Source: Actinomycetota bacterium
Lineage (GTDB): Bacteria; Actinomycetota; Actinomycetes; S36-B12; UBA5976
NCBI GenBank assembly: GCA_016870575.1
Contig: VGBH01000003.1
Span: forward strand, 1 to 59,166
Reading direction: 5' to 3'
DNA length: 59,166 bases
Both the position numbers and the translations under genes were made by a program. This document shows positions 1-10,472 of the stretch, piece by piece (the first letter of the stretch is position 1; each line of letters opens with the position of its first letter). The notes beneath the pieces were generated by a model that ran no database searches, was not told the DNA's origin, and worked only from the letters and a program-made list of their open reading frames with translations.

Positions 1-20
1 TTGTTAGTCAGGGCAGCCAA
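1..20 (-). CDS. rpoB: Probable 5' end of RNA polymerase beta subunit (runs off the window)
   Basis: GGAAGG SD (27-32) precedes TTG GCT GCC CTG ACT AAC. It lies directly downstream of rplL, where actinobacteria carry rpoB. Only about 6 codons are visible, so the call rests on synteny. Confidence 0.5.
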
Positions 21-180
21 GGCAATCCTTCCGAACAGTTAAGGAATATTCATGCCAGTGCCTGTCCGACACCGAGAACACCCAAGGCATGAACGCAAGG
101 GTGCCATATATGAGTCTGGACGAGGAAACAAAATCTTAAAGGGCAGTTTGTCAAGTCCACGCTTGGGGGTCTTTTGTCAC

Positions 181-229
181 CAAAAAATGCTTCAGGGGGC
201 TGGTAATCCCCAGCCCCCTAACTGCATTT
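181..229 (-). terminator. Intrinsic terminator after rplJL
   Basis: 10-bp stem AGGGGGCTGG/CCAGCCCCCT (194-219) with outer AAATGC/GCATTT pairing, followed by a U-tract on the minus strand. Confidence 0.85.
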
Positions 230-232
230 GAC

Positions 233-622
233 TTACTTAACAGTGACCTTTGCGCCAGCTGCCTCAAGTGCAGCCTTTGCCTTATCGGCATCGTCTTTCT
301 TTGCGCCTTCCAAAACTGGCTTTGGTGCTGCTTCAACTAGGTCTTTCGCTTCCTTTAGACCTAGGCTGGTCAGAGCGCGAACTTCTTTAATAACGGCAAT
401 CTTGTTTGCGCCGCCATCTTCAAGGATTACATCGAATGCATCCTTCTCAGCTGCGCCACCTACATCGCCACCACCTGCAGCTGGTGCCGCTGCTGCAACT
501 GCAACTGGAGCTGCAGCGGTTACACCAAAGGTGTCTTCAAACAATTTAACAAACTCTGACAACTCGATCAGGCTCATTTCTTTGAAAGCCTCGAGCAGTT
601 GATCAGTGCTCATCTTCGCCAT
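233..622 (-). CDS. rplL: 50S ribosomal protein bL12 (L7/L12)
   Basis: Motifs [22 protein letters not shown] and [11 protein letters not shown]. Confidence 0.99.
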   Translation of the reverse strand: MAKMSTDQLLEAFKEMSLIELSEFVKLFEDTFGVTAAAPVAVAAAAPAAGGGDVGGAAEKDAFDVILEDGGANKIAVIKEVRALTSLGLKEAKDLVEAAPKPVLEGAKKDDADKAKAALEAAGAKVTVK

Positions 623-673
623 GTTGGCGTCCTTTCACTAACCCGGCCGAGGGCCGGAACTTGGTTTTTGGGC

Positions 674-1315
674 TCAGCCCTCGGTTTGCTCTGCAGCATC
701 TGCTGCGGAGTTGTTGCTCTCTGCAGCATCAACTGCAGAAACTTCTGGTGCAGCCGGAGCTGCAGGTGCTGGTTGTGCTGCACCTTTTAATACAGACGGA
801 TCTGACTCTGCCTTAACCCGCAACGCGTCAACAGCTCTTGCGGCTTGCGCTAGCGGAGCGTTGAACAAATATGCAGCCTTAGTTAGTGATGCCAACATCG
901 CACCAGCCATCTTTGACCGCAATACCTCGCGTGATTCAAGATTTGCCAACTTCTTAACATCATCTGCAGAAATAACTTTGCCCTCAAAAACACCACCCTT
1001 GATAACCAGTAGTGGATTAGTCTTAGCAAAATCACGAATTCCCTTTGCGGTTTCAACTGCATCGCCCTGAACAAAAGCAATTGCACTTGGCCCAACTAAA
1101 AGTTCATCAAGTCCTTCGATGCCAGCATCTTTCGCTGCTCGCTTTGTCAGAGTATTTTTCGAAACAATGTATGAAGCGTTTGCAGCTAAATCACGACGCA
1201 ATTGCTTCAGTTCAGCAACAGTCAAGCCTCGGTATTCGGTCAATACTGCTGCAGCTGCTGTACGAAATGACTCAGTCAATTCCGTAACGGCTGTGCTTTT
1301 GTCTGGCCGTGCCAT
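674..1315 (-). CDS. rplJ: 50S ribosomal protein uL10
   Basis: MARPDK, EYRGLTVAELKQLR and KNTL motifs. Start moved to the ATG at 1315, behind a GGAAGGGA SD. Ala/Pro-rich acidic C-terminal tail. Confidence 0.98.
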   Translation of the reverse strand: MARPDKSTAVTELTESFRTAAAAVLTEYRGLTVAELKQLRRDLAANASYIVSKNTLTKRAAKDAGIEGLDELLVGPSAIAFVQGDAVETAKGIRDFAKTNPLLVIKGGVFEGKVISADDVKKLANLESREVLRSKMAGAMLASLTKAAYLFNAPLAQAARAVDALRVKAESDPSVLKGAAQPAPAAPAAPEVSAVDAAESNNSAADAAEQTEG

Positions 1316-1330
1316 CTGGCTCCCTTCCAT

Positions 1331-1461
1331 TCAAACAAAAAACCCCGTGCAGTCGGGCACGGGGTGAACTCAGTCAAAAACCTGAGTCAACGTACTCGCC
1401 TGCGTGGGCGCTTTTCGGGCCTTAGTAATTACTTACGTAACTAACCAACGGTCTATGGCAG
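1331..1461 (-). promoter_or_regulatory. L10 leader (autogenous rplJL control RNA)
   Basis: The minus strand begins GCCATAGACCGTTGG...TAAGGCCC...CCCACGCAGG, typical of actinobacterial L10 leaders. It ends in hairpin CCCCGTGC/GCACGGGG (1343-1364) plus a U-rich tract. Candidate -10 TACAGT at 1469-1474. Confidence 0.75.
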
Positions 1462-1542
1462 AGCCGAACTGTAGAGCCTGGTGCAATAGAACTACACACC
1501 GACCCCTAATAAGTAAGGTTTATGACTAACTTCTTCTTATCT

Positions 1543-2253
1543 CTATTCCGAATCCTCAGAATCCGCTCCTGTTTTCACGCCTGGATCTACTTTGATTCCT
1601 GGTCCAAATGTTGTGGATACCGTACAAGACTGAATGTATCTGCCCTTGGAGCTTGATGGTTTGAGTCGGACAATTTCATCAATTGCGGCTGCAAAATTCT
1701 CTTTCAGTTGATCTGCAGAAAAGTTTGCTTTTCCAATAACGAAATGTAGGTTTGCTTGCTTGTCAGTGCGGAACTCAATTTTTCCGCCTTTAATATCAGA
1801 AACTGCTTTCGCAACATCCATTGACACTGTGCCAGTTTTTGGATTTGGCATTAAACCTCTTGGGCCAAGAACTTTACCTAAGGTTCCAACTTTGCCCATC
1901 ATATCTGGAGTTGCAACCGCAGAATCAAAATCTGTCCAACCAGCAGCAACTTTTGCAACTAGTTCATCAGCTCCTACTTCATCCGCGCCAGCTGCGCGAG
2001 CCTCATCTGCTTTAACGCCTGCAGCAAACACAATAACTCGTGCAGTTTTGCCTGTGCCATGCGGCAAGTTAACTGTTCCTCGAACCATCTGCTCTGCTTT
2101 TCGAACATCAACGCCTAATTTAATTGCCACATCAACAGTATGTGGTTTGCCATTTGCCGTCTTTAGCGCAATTTCCATTGCTTCTGCTGCACTGTAAACA
2201 GTATCTGGCTTAATTAAATCTGCAGATTTGCGCCAGACTTTACTTTTTTTCAT
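1543..2253 (-). CDS. rplA: 50S ribosomal protein uL1
   Basis: [13 protein letters not shown] and [15 protein letters not shown] motifs. Start moved to the ATG at 2253 (GAGAGG SD). Confidence 0.99.
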   Translation of the reverse strand: MKKSKVWRKSADLIKPDTVYSAAEAMEIALKTANGKPHTVDVAIKLGVDVRKAEQMVRGTVNLPHGTGKTARVIVFAAGVKADEARAAGADEVGADELVAKVAAGWTDFDSAVATPDMMGKVGTLGKVLGPRGLMPNPKTGTVSMDVAKAVSDIKGGKIEFRTDKQANLHFVIGKANFSADQLKENFAAAIDEIVRLKPSSSKGRYIQSCTVSTTFGPGIKVDPGVKTGADSEDSE

Positions 2254-2270
2254 TTCGTTACCTCTCATTC

Positions 2271-2309
2271 GTGGTGCAAACGAACTAATACCTCTATTAG
2301 CCCTCCCAC
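2271..2309 (-). promoter_or_regulatory. Candidate L1-binding RNA element in the rplK-rplA spacer
   Basis: GUGG-GAG-GG-CUAAUA-GAGG-UAUUAG-UU-CGUUUGCA-CCAC forms two helices separated by an asymmetric internal loop, just upstream of the rplA SD. Confidence 0.55.
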
Positions 2310-2346
2310 TGGCAGCATCGCTGCCGTTCGAAGTTGCCTTCGAAAA

Positions 2347-2778
2347 CTATTCTTTTATCGTTACACCCATCGATCGTGCTGTTCCCTCAATTATCTTCAT
2401 CGCTGCATCAATATCGTTTGCATTTAAATCGCTCATCTTTGTTTCAGCAATTTCTTTTACCTGAGATTTCGTTAGAGAACCTACTTTATTTCTCAGTGGA
2501 TTATCTGCACCCTTCTCAATTCCAGCATACTTAAGAATTAGTCGAGCTGCTGGAGGAGTTTTCAAAATAAAAGTAAATGTGCGATCTTCATAAACGGTAA
2601 TCTCAACTGGGATTACTTGACCCTTTTGCGCTTCAGTTGCTGCGTTGTATGCCTTGCAAAACTCCATAATGTTTACGCCGTGTTGGCCAAGGGCTGGTCC
2701 AATTGGTGGTGCAGGGTTCGCTGCGCCAGCTTGGATTTGTAACTTAATTAGTCCAGTTACTTTCTTTGACGGTGCCAT
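2347..2778 (-). CDS. rplK: 50S ribosomal protein uL11
   Basis: [26 protein letters not shown] motif. Confidence 0.99.
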   Translation of the reverse strand: MAPSKKVTGLIKLQIQAGAANPAPPIGPALGQHGVNIMEFCKAYNAATEAQKGQVIPVEITVYEDRTFTFILKTPPAARLILKYAGIEKGADNPLRNKVGSLTKSQVKEIAETKMSDLNANDIDAAMKIIEGTARSMGVTIKE

Positions 2779-2802
2779 ATGTTTCCTTATCTTTCTCTAA
2801 AT

Positions 2803-3600
2803 CTAACTCTTTGCAATCTGACTAAAGCTAAGTTCTACTGGTGTTTCACGTCCGAAGATTTCAACTAAACCAATAATCTTTTGGGTATCAGAATTAATTT
2901 CTGAAATTGTTGCCTGCAATGTGGCAAATGGCCCATCAATTACGGTTACCGAATCACCAACGTTGAAATCCAGAACTGCAATACTTTTTGCTGCTTTTCC
3001 TTTTCCACTACCTTTCGCAGCAGCTGCAGCTGGAGTTTCAATTCTAGGTGCCAGAATATCTGCCACCTCTGTCAAGGTTAATGGCATTGGTTGTGCGTTA
3101 TGCGCAACCGCACCTGCGAACTTAGTTACACCTGGGGTATGTCGAACTACACCCCAAGATTCATCAGTCATATACATACGAACTAAGACGTAACCTGGAA
3201 AACGATTCTTTAAAACATTTTTTCGCACACCATTTTTGATTTCAACTACCATATCGGTCGGTACTTCAACTTGAAAAATCTGATCTTCCATATTCATCGT
3301 GTGAATTCGCGATTCTAGATTTGCCTTTACGCGCTTTTCCATACCCGAATAGGACTGTAATACATACCACTTGCCTTCTTTATTTTTCATTGAAGCCATA
3401 AATTCAGCAACTGGGTCAAGCGGTGCTTCAGGTTCAGGATTTTCTGCTAATTGAGTTTCGACTACAGCATTGGGTTCAATTGATTCAACAGCAATTGTTT
3501 CTTCAACTGGAATCACTTCAATTGATTCGTTTTCTACAACGGAATCCTCAGTTGATATCTGATCTGCCGGCTTGTATTCAAAAGGACTATTTGTGGTCAC
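2803..3600 (-). CDS. nusG: Transcription termination/antitermination factor NusG
   Basis: [24 protein letters not shown] and KOW region VIDGPFA...[10 protein letters not shown]; acidic N-terminal extension. Confidence 0.98.
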   Translation of the reverse strand: MTTNSPFEYKPADQISTEDSVVENESIEVIPVEETIAVESIEPNAVVETQLAENPEPEAPLDPVAEFMASMKNKEGKWYVLQSYSGMEKRVKANLESRIHTMNMEDQIFQVEVPTDMVVEIKNGVRKNVLKNRFPGYVLVRMYMTDESWGVVRHTPGVTKFAGAVAHNAQPMPLTLTEVADILAPRIETPAAAAAKGSGKGKAAKSIAVLDFNVGDSVTVIDGPFATLQATISEINSDTQKIIGLVEIFGRETPVELSFSQIAKS

Positions 3601-3613
3601 TTGGCAATTTCAC

Positions 3614-3895
3614 CTATGATCCAAACAAGAACAAAGTGATTTGGCCGAAACCAAAATCTAGAAGAGTAATAAATGCAGTGATGAAGAGTAGAAAAATAAT
3701 TACAACAGTTGTGTACACGCTCAACTCGCGACGTGTAGGCCAAATCACTTTTCGAAGTTCAACCGAAATGTCATGCAGAAATGCACGCGCACGACTAAAA
3801 AGTCCTTTGCGTGTTTCGCCTTCAATTGAAGGCAATACTTCTGACTCGCTCACTTCGCCTCTTTCATCACCAACCCACGCTAACGCTTCCGCCAC
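3614..3895 (-). CDS. secE: Preprotein translocase subunit SecE
   Basis: ELRKVIWPTRRE followed by one TM helix; lies between tRNA-Trp and nusG. Confidence 0.97.
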   Translation of the reverse strand: MAEALAWVGDERGEVSESEVLPSIEGETRKGLFSRARAFLHDISVELRKVIWPTRRELSVYTTVVIIFLLFITAFITLLDFGFGQITLFLFGS

Positions 3896-3925
3896 TTAAC
3901 GGACTCGATAGACCGAGGGGACCTG

Positions 3926-3998
3926 CAGGGCCGGAGGGACTCGAACCCCCAACCGCCGGTTTTGGAGACCGGAACTCTACCAATTGAGCTACGACCCT
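3926..3998 (-). tRNA. tRNA-Trp (CCA)
   Basis: Cloverleaf AGGGTCG...CGGCCCT-G; anticodon arm CCGGT-CT-CCA-AA-ACCGG; 3' CCA not encoded. Confidence 0.97.
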
Positions 3999-4103
3999 CG
4001 GACGCCCAGTCACCTGTTAGTGAACGGGCAGACGTAGCAGTGTAATGCGTGACCAATTTGTGCTGTTCGCTCAGTCTCCCCCGCATCTGCCACAATCCGC
4101 CCT

Positions 4104-5300
4104 ATGTCAAAGAATCGAATCTCCGCACGCATTGCCGCTATCAGCGAATCAGCGACTTTAGCTGTTGATGCCAAAGCAAAAGCACTCAAAGCTCAGGGCA
4201 GACCGGTAATTGGATTTGGCGCAGGTGAACCTGATTTTCCAACTCCTGCACCAATTGTTGAGGCCGCAATTGCAGCTGCGAAAAATCCAGCAATGCACCG
4301 ATACAGTCCAACAAATGGTTTACCTACATTACGCGAAGCTATTGCAGCAAAAACTTTACGAGATTCCAAGTTAACAATTGATTCGACACAAGTGCTAGTT
4401 ACTAACGGTGGTAAGCAAGCGCTGTATAACACGTTTGCAACATTGCTTGATCCAGGTGACGAAGTAATAGTCATCGCTCCCTATTGGACAACGTATCCAG
4501 AAGCAATCGCACTAGCCGGTGGTAAATCAGTAATTGTTATGACAGATGAAACATCAGGTTATCGAGCAACAATCTCACAATTAGATGCGGCTGTTACATC
4601 TAAAACAAAAATTCTTTTAATGGTCTCACCATCAAATCCGACAGGTGCTGTTTATTCCCCAAAAGAACTGAGGGACATTGCCGATTGGGCGATTCAAAAA
4701 GACCTTTGGGTAGTAACTGATGAGATTTATGAACATTTAGTTTATGGGGATGCTGAGTTTGCTTCGATGCCTGTGTTGAATCCTGCGTTAGTTGATAAGT
4801 GCGTAATTGTTAATGGAGTTGCAAAAACTTACGCAATGACTGGTTGGCGGGTTGGATGGATGATTGGACCCAATGATGTAATCAAGGCTGCTACTAACTT
4901 ACAATCTCATGCCACAAGTAACGTAAACAATATTGCGCAAGCAGCAGCACTTGCAGCAGTGTCAGGCGACTTAAGTGCAGTAGCTGAAATGCGCACCGCA
5001 TTTGATCGACGACGTAAGCTAATAGTTGCAGAACTAAACAAAGTAAATGGATTTATCTGCCCAATGCCAGAAGGAGCATTTTATGCTTACCCTTCGGTTA
5101 AAGATGTTATTGGCAAAACAATCAAGGAAAAGAAAATTACTTCCTCAGCAGATTTAGCAGCAGTAATTTTGGATAAGGTTGAAGTCGCAGTTGTTCCTGG
5201 TGAAGCCTTCGGAACTCCTGGATATTTAAGACTAAGTTATGCTCTAGGAGACGCCGACATAACTGAAGGTATAAGTCGAATTCAAAAACTACTTAACTGA
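4104..5300 (+). CDS. aspC: Class I/II PLP-dependent (aspartate) aminotransferase
   Basis: GAGEPDF, SPSNPTG, DEIYEHL and the PLP-lysine motif [15 protein letters not shown]. Confidence 0.9.
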   Translation: MSKNRISARIAAISESATLAVDAKAKALKAQGRPVIGFGAGEPDFPTPAPIVEAAIAAAKNPAMHRYSPTNGLPTLREAIAAKTLRDSKLTIDSTQVLVTNGGKQALYNTFATLLDPGDEVIVIAPYWTTYPEAIALAGGKSVIVMTDETSGYRATISQLDAAVTSKTKILLMVSPSNPTGAVYSPKELRDIADWAIQKDLWVVTDEIYEHLVYGDAEFASMPVLNPALVDKCVIVNGVAKTYAMTGWRVGWMIGPNDVIKAATNLQSHATSNVNNIAQAAALAAVSGDLSAVAEMRTAFDRRRKLIVAELNKVNGFICPMPEGAFYAYPSVKDVIGKTIKEKKITSSADLAAVILDKVEVAVVPGEAFGTPGYLRLSYALGDADITEGISRIQKLLN

Positions 5301-7419
5301 CTTTCTCCAACTTTAACTGATCGTCGGACACGTTAACTTCTACGGTGTCGCCATCTCCTAGTTGATGACTAATAAGCATTCTTGCTAATGGATCACCAAG
5401 TGCTGTTTGAACTAATCGCTTTAGTGGGCGCGCGCCATACAACGGGTCATTTCCATTCTTAACTAACCAATGTATCGCTTGACTAGAAACTTTCAATGAT
5501 ATTCCTTGATTCGTTACTCGGTTGGCAAGTTGATTCACCTGAATTTCTACAACCTTAGTTAACATCTCATCGGTAAGGAAATCAAAAATCAAAATGTCAT
5601 CTAGTCGATTTAAGAACTCAGGCTTGAAAGATTCACGTACAGTACTCATCACTGAGTTCCTCTGGGCTTCATAATTCATTGTTGCATCAGTTAAATATGC
5701 AGAGCCTAAATTAGAGGTCATCACGATTATGGTGTTGCGAAAATCTACAGTTCTACCCTGCCCATCAGTTAATCGGCCATCATCAAATACCTGCAGCAAT
5801 AAATCAAAAACTTCAGAGTGAGCTTTTTCCACCTCATCTAGTAAGACAATTGAATAAGGTCTACGGCGCACTGCCTCTGTTAATTGTCCACCTTCGTCAT
5901 AACCAACATATCCAGGTGGTGCGCCAACTAGCCTTGAAACTGAAAACTTTTCACCGTATTCACTCATATCAATTCGGATCATCGCTTTTTCATCATCAAA
6001 AAGAAGTTCAGCAAGTGCTTTTGCTAGCTCGGTCTTTCCAACACCAGTTGGACCTAGAAACAAAAAAACACCAGTTGGTCTGTTTGGATCACTGATACCA
6101 GCGCGAGATCGCCTAATTGCATCGGCTACCGCGGCTATCGGGCGCTGCTGACCAATGACTCGATATGCGATTTCTGTTTCAAGGTTTAATAATCTTTCAC
6201 TATCACTCTTTAGCATTCGACCAACTGGTATGTTTGTCCAAGCTGCCACAACTTCTGCAATATCGTCTTCAGTGACTTCTTCTCGATACATAACCAAATT
6301 AGAAGTTGATCGAGCTGCTGCAAGTTTTTGTTCCAACTCACGCATCTGGCCATACATTAATCGAGATGCTTTCTCTAGATCACCAGCTCGCTGTGCTTTT
6401 TCTATCTCAATTTTTATTGCATCTAATTCATTTGTTAGTTGTCCTACTTCATCAAGAGAAGCTTTTTCTGCTAACCAGGTTTGGCGAAGTAACTTCAATT
6501 CGTGTTCTTTATCTTGCAAATCTGCTTGCAGTTCAGTCAAGCGAGCTTTAGCTGCTGGGTCTTTTTCGCGAGATAAAGCAAACTCTTCCATCCGCAGTCG
6601 ATCAACAGATCGTTGTAGCTGATCTATCTCTTCAGGGGAAGAGTCGATTTCCATGCGCAATCTGGAAGCTGCCTCATCAACTAAGTCAATGGTTTTATCA
6701 GGTAGAAACCGACTTGTAATGTATCGGTTGGACAGATTTGCAGCGGCGACCAAAGCAGAATCGTTAATTGTTACTTTGTGGTGTGCTTCGTACTTTTCTT
6801 TAAGCCCACGAAGTATGCCAATTGTGTCTTCAACTGAAGGTTCACCAACAAAAACTTGTTGAAATCGTCTTTCTAATGCAGCATCTTTTTCAATATGCTG
6901 TCGATATTCATCTAGTGTTGTAGCACCAATCATTTTTAACTCACCACGAGCAAGCATTGGCTTTAACATATTTCCAGCATCCATGGCTCCCGCACCAATT
7001 GCTCCCGCACCTACAACTGTGTGTAGTTCATCAATAAAGGTAATGACCGAGCCTTCGCTTGCTTTAATTTCATCTAGAACTGCTTTTAAGCGCTCTTCAA
7101 ACTCACCACGATACTTAGCCCCAGCAATCATTGCGCCTAGATCCAAACTAATTACTCGCTTATCTTTCAAGCTTGTTGGTACATCGCCGGCCACAATTCG
7201 TTGAGCCAATCCTTCAACTACTGCAGTTTTACCCACCCCCGGTTCACCAATCAATACTGGATTGTTCTTGGTTCGCCTCGAGAGCACTTGCACTACTCTT
7301 CTAACTTCATTATCTCGGCCAATAACCGGATCGAGCTGTCCATCAGCTGCACGTTGAGTTAAATCGACGCCAAATTGCTTTAGAGCAGACTCTTCTTGTT
7401 GCTGGGTAGGCATATTCAT
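5293..7419 (-). CDS. clpB: AAA+ disaggregase ClpB, lacking the N-terminal Clp-repeat domain
   Basis: LDPVIGRD, Walker A GEPGVGKT, Walker B FIDELH, coiled-coil middle domain, second Walker [22 protein letters not shown] and YGARPLKR; only 708 aa. Confidence 0.95.
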   Translation of the reverse strand: MNMPTQQQEESALKQFGVDLTQRAADGQLDPVIGRDNEVRRVVQVLSRRTKNNPVLIGEPGVGKTAVVEGLAQRIVAGDVPTSLKDKRVISLDLGAMIAGAKYRGEFEERLKAVLDEIKASEGSVITFIDELHTVVGAGAIGAGAMDAGNMLKPMLARGELKMIGATTLDEYRQHIEKDAALERRFQQVFVGEPSVEDTIGILRGLKEKYEAHHKVTINDSALVAAANLSNRYITSRFLPDKTIDLVDEAASRLRMEIDSSPEEIDQLQRSVDRLRMEEFALSREKDPAAKARLTELQADLQDKEHELKLLRQTWLAEKASLDEVGQLTNELDAIKIEIEKAQRAGDLEKASRLMYGQMRELEQKLAAARSTSNLVMYREEVTEDDIAEVVAAWTNIPVGRMLKSDSERLLNLETEIAYRVIGQQRPIAAVADAIRRSRAGISDPNRPTGVFLFLGPTGVGKTELAKALAELLFDDEKAMIRIDMSEYGEKFSVSRLVGAPPGYVGYDEGGQLTEAVRRRPYSIVLLDEVEKAHSEVFDLLLQVFDDGRLTDGQGRTVDFRNTIIVMTSNLGSAYLTDATMNYEAQRNSVMSTVRESFKPEFLNRLDDILIFDFLTDEMLTKVVEIQVNQLANRVTNQGISLKVSSQAIHWLVKNGNDPLYGARPLKRLVQTALGDPLARMLISHQLGDGDTVEVNVSDDQLKLEKVS

Positions 7420-7488
7420 AAACTATATTTTACAAAACGGCTCAAATGTTGCCAGTAGAAAGTTCGCTTTGAGCGAAAGTGAAATTCG

Positions 7489-8487
7489 TCAAAGAATTGT
7501 TGGTTCAAACTCCAGCTCAATATCAAATCTTGACTTTACTGCAGATCTAACTTCTTGCGCGAGTTGCATTATCTCTTTTGCGGTAGCCTTGCCGCGATTA
7601 CACAACGCCAACATATGTTTCGAAGATATGCTGGCATCTCCAACGCGATAACCTGGCACAAATCCACTATTTGCAATCAACCAAGCAGCAGATATTTTCC
7701 AACTACCATCCTGCTGCTGCCATGCTGGTACTTCGCTTGGTAGTTCAGTCTTAATATCTTCAGACACACGTGGGTTAAGAAAGAAGGAGCCAACCGAATA
7801 AGTATCTGAATCTGTTGGATCTAAAAGCATTCCCTTACTGGCCCTAATCTCTCGAACTGCGGCGAGAACTCTTCTCGCGTCAACCAAGTCGCTAACATTG
7901 ACACCTATTTTTTTAGCAAGCTCTTCATATTTAACTTCAATCTGCTCTACTTTCACAGGCTTAAATTGGACTTGTAAAACTACGAATCGTTCAGGTTCTT
8001 GTTTAAACAAACTATTGCGATAGCCAAATCGACATTGATTGTTATTTAATATTAACTTTTCCTTGGTTAAGCGATCAAAAACCGTAACGGATTCAATCAA
8101 TTCACTAACTTCTGTGCCATAAGCACCGACGTTTTGAATGGGAGTTGCACCAACCGTGCCAGGGATTCCGGTAAGAGGTGCAAAAAATCCAAAACCGTTA
8201 TCTACAGCCCACAAAACAAATTCATCCCAATTTTCACCCGCGGCAACATTAAGTTGATTATCAATTAAATTTATACCGGATGTTTGAATGTGAATTACTC
8301 GTCCAGCAAATCCGGTATCTGCAATCAATAAATTACTCCCTGCACCTAGAATCAAAATTGGAATTGAACAATTTAATGCAGAAATCAGGTCGCCTTCAGT
8401 ATCAACGGAGACAAACTCTGCTGCCGATCCACCAATATGCAAGGTGGTGTGTTCAGCTAAACTGACCTGGGTTTGCACTTCAACCAT
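7489..8487 (-). CDS. murB: UDP-N-acetylmuramate dehydrogenase
   Basis: LGAGSNLL, GIPGTVGATPIQNVGAYG, FGYRNS and GSFFLNP motifs. The ATG at 8487 was preferred over the GTG at 8493 because of -10 spacing. Confidence 0.97.
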   Translation of the reverse strand: MVEVQTQVSLAEHTTLHIGGSAAEFVSVDTEGDLISALNCSIPILILGAGSNLLIADTGFAGRVIHIQTSGINLIDNQLNVAAGENWDEFVLWAVDNGFGFFAPLTGIPGTVGATPIQNVGAYGTEVSELIESVTVFDRLTKEKLILNNNQCRFGYRNSLFKQEPERFVVLQVQFKPVKVEQIEVKYEELAKKIGVNVSDLVDARRVLAAVREIRASKGMLLDPTDSDTYSVGSFFLNPRVSEDIKTELPSEVPAWQQQDGSWKISAAWLIANSGFVPGYRVGDASISSKHMLALCNRGKATAKEIMQLAQEVRSAVKSRFDIELEFEPTIL

Positions 8488-8517
8488 AGTCACAGCCTAA
8501 TGCGTTAATCAAGGAGA

Positions 8518-9276
8518 TTAAGGCGTGTAGGAATAAGTTTTGGGCTTGTCCAATATTGTTGCTAACGCGCTATATCTATTTGCATCGTCACTGTACCGAT
8601 CATTAAATGGCAGATCTTGAGGACCTGAAACAACTAGTACGCGATCTTCAATTCTAAGCATCTCCTCGCCCAACGGTGGTTCATTTGGTTCTTGTATCTG
8701 TTCCCACCTAGAAATCGGCAATACCCATGCAAATGAACCAAACAACTGCTGACCATCCTCAGCTATATAGTAAATGTAGCTAGCATTGAAAGCCTCAAAT
8801 TCAGCCGCGTATTCATCCATTGAGATAACAAACTCAATTCTTTCAGCTAAGAAATTGGGCAAGGTAATACTGAAGTCTGAATCGGCAATTTGCAACATAC
8901 GAGTTGACTTCTTAGCAACAACTTCAATTGTGAATGATTGCCCCAACCCATCTTTTTCAGCATAGAGATTGGCTGTGCCTAACTTGAGGGCGGTAACGGA
9001 GAAATTTGTTTGCATATTGCCATCATCAATGGCATCTTGTAATTGCACTATCTCAGGTGAATTGTTCTGCATACTCCAATTCATTGGATCATCCAAAACT
9101 ATTACAGCAACATCGCCGATTTCAATTTCACTGGCAGTCATCATGTAGTCCAGCATTAAGGGAGCTGGTAACTGGGAATCTGGCTTGGTGTCCGTTGTAT
9201 CGTCAGCAGAACTGCAAGCTGTTACTAATAAAAATAAAGCTACTAAAGAAGTCAACTTAAGGTATTGGGTGCTCAT
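8518..9276 (-). CDS. Hypothetical acidic lipoprotein
   Basis: Signal peptide with lipobox LVTA-C, followed by an Asp-rich linker; no family recognised. Confidence 0.75.
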   Translation of the reverse strand: MSTQYLKLTSLVALFLLVTACSSADDTTDTKPDSQLPAPLMLDYMMTASEIEIGDVAVIVLDDPMNWSMQNNSPEIVQLQDAIDDGNMQTNFSVTALKLGTANLYAEKDGLGQSFTIEVVAKKSTRMLQIADSDFSITLPNFLAERIEFVISMDEYAAEFEAFNASYIYYIAEDGQQLFGSFAWVLPISRWEQIQEPNEPPLGEEMLRIEDRVLVVSGPQDLPFNDRYSDDANRYSALATILDKPKTYSYTP

Positions 9277-9300
9277 TTATGTATTTTCTCACTTTTCCAG

Positions 9301-10059
9301 TCAAGTTTGTTGTCTAGGAGCAAGTATTTTATCTTTCCCTCTAAAGCGATTTAACATCCGGTTGTAATTCTTTTTGGACTCTTTGTCCCGATAACTTTCA
9401 TCACTATCAAAATATCCATGATGTCTACTTTGAATAAGAGGAAGTTCATTCTGTGGAGTAAGCAACTGATAACCTGCATCACGCAATATGAGTGACCATT
9501 CCAAGTCTGCATTTCGATAAAAGCGGGCATCTTTATCTGGTGGATAAGCAATACCTATTTCTCGCTTAACTAGAATTAGATAACCAAGCAACTGATCAAC
9601 TTCTCCTCGTGCCGGAACTGACTCAAACCAATTCGAATTTAAATCAATATTTACCCCACGCCAACCAACAGCTGCCGTGTCTTCATTTTCATTTATCAAT
9701 TCAATCAGCGGACTTAGTGCATCTCCAGTCAACAACGTTGAAATATCAGCAATAGCCACAAGTTCAGTATCAGCAGCTTTAAGTAATGCAATAACCGACT
9801 TACTCCAACCTAGCTTGTCGATATGAATTGTTCTTATCCGTCCAGGGTTTTCAATGGCTAGCTTTTCACTTAATTGACTGGACTCATCCGTTGCTATATC
9901 TAACAGTAAGATTTTTGCAGAGGTATGTTTTAGATACCTGTTTACACAATCAAGTAAATCATCAGCCCAGCCATCAACAATCAAACCTACTGTCACTCCC
10001 GGAAAAACTTTTTGCGCTACTGGCAACTCGGCTGCACTTATTCGCTTGAAAGTCATCAT
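9301..10059 (-). CDS. GT-A fold (GT2-like) glycosyltransferase-like protein
   Basis: LLLDIATDES, GWSKSVIALL, IADIST (DxD position) and FYRNADLEWSL are GT2-like segments. Confidence 0.65.
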   Translation of the reverse strand: MMTFKRISAAELPVAQKVFPGVTVGLIVDGWADDLLDCVNRYLKHTSAKILLLDIATDESSQLSEKLAIENPGRIRTIHIDKLGWSKSVIALLKAADTELVAIADISTLLTGDALSPLIELINENEDTAAVGWRGVNIDLNSNWFESVPARGEVDQLLGYLILVKREIGIAYPPDKDARFYRNADLEWSLILRDAGYQLLTPQNELPLIQSRHHGYFDSDESYRDKESKKNYNRMLNRFRGKDKILAPRQQT

Positions 10060-10472
10060 TTGAAAATGACAGTAAGTTTTGTTTGACTCAAAATCTTTTG
10101 ATTACCACAAGTAACTTCAATGCTAAAAAACATAGAATCTTTTTCCTTTGCAGATACCGTAGCAATAACCGAGACTAATGCGCCAGAATCATCATCAGGA
10201 ACAATCACTGGATTTGAAAACTTAGTAGAGTAACTAGAGACAAAAGCACTTGCAGGTAAGTGATCAGTTACCACTCTTGCTACAGCTCCCATTGTGTGCA
10301 TTCCGTGGGCGATTACACCTGGTAGTCCAACTGAAGTTGCAATTCGATCGCTGTAGTGAATGGGGTTAAAGTCTAAACTTGCGCCAGCGTAGCGAATCAA
10401 GTCGGAGCGCTTAACTCGATACTGCATTAAAGTCAACGAATCGCCAACATTAAGTGAAGTTAGTGAATTCAT
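10056..10472 (-). CDS. MaoC-family (HadB-like) hydroxyacyl dehydratase
   Basis: Hydratase-2 motif YAGASLDFNPIHYS...GLPGVIAHGM. Confidence 0.9.
   Translation of the reverse strand: MNSLTSLNVGDSLTLMQYRVKRSDLIRYAGASLDFNPIHYSDRIATSVGLPGVIAHGMHTMGAVARVVTDHLPASAFVSSYSTKFSNPVIVPDDDSGALVSVIATVSAKEKDSMFFSIEVTCGNQKILSQTKLTVIFK

Noticed and set aside
228-2197. Long plus-strand ORFs opposite rplL, rplJ and rplA, and similar antisense ORFs opposite clpB, nuo and ppx
   Set aside because: They are shadow frames of strongly conserved genes, with no SD, promoter or recognisable motifs.
7441-7475. HspR HAIR operator upstream of clpB
   Set aside because: The half-sites are in the wrong orientation and spacing; part of the region is better explained as a small hairpin (TTCGCT/AGCGAA) after murB.
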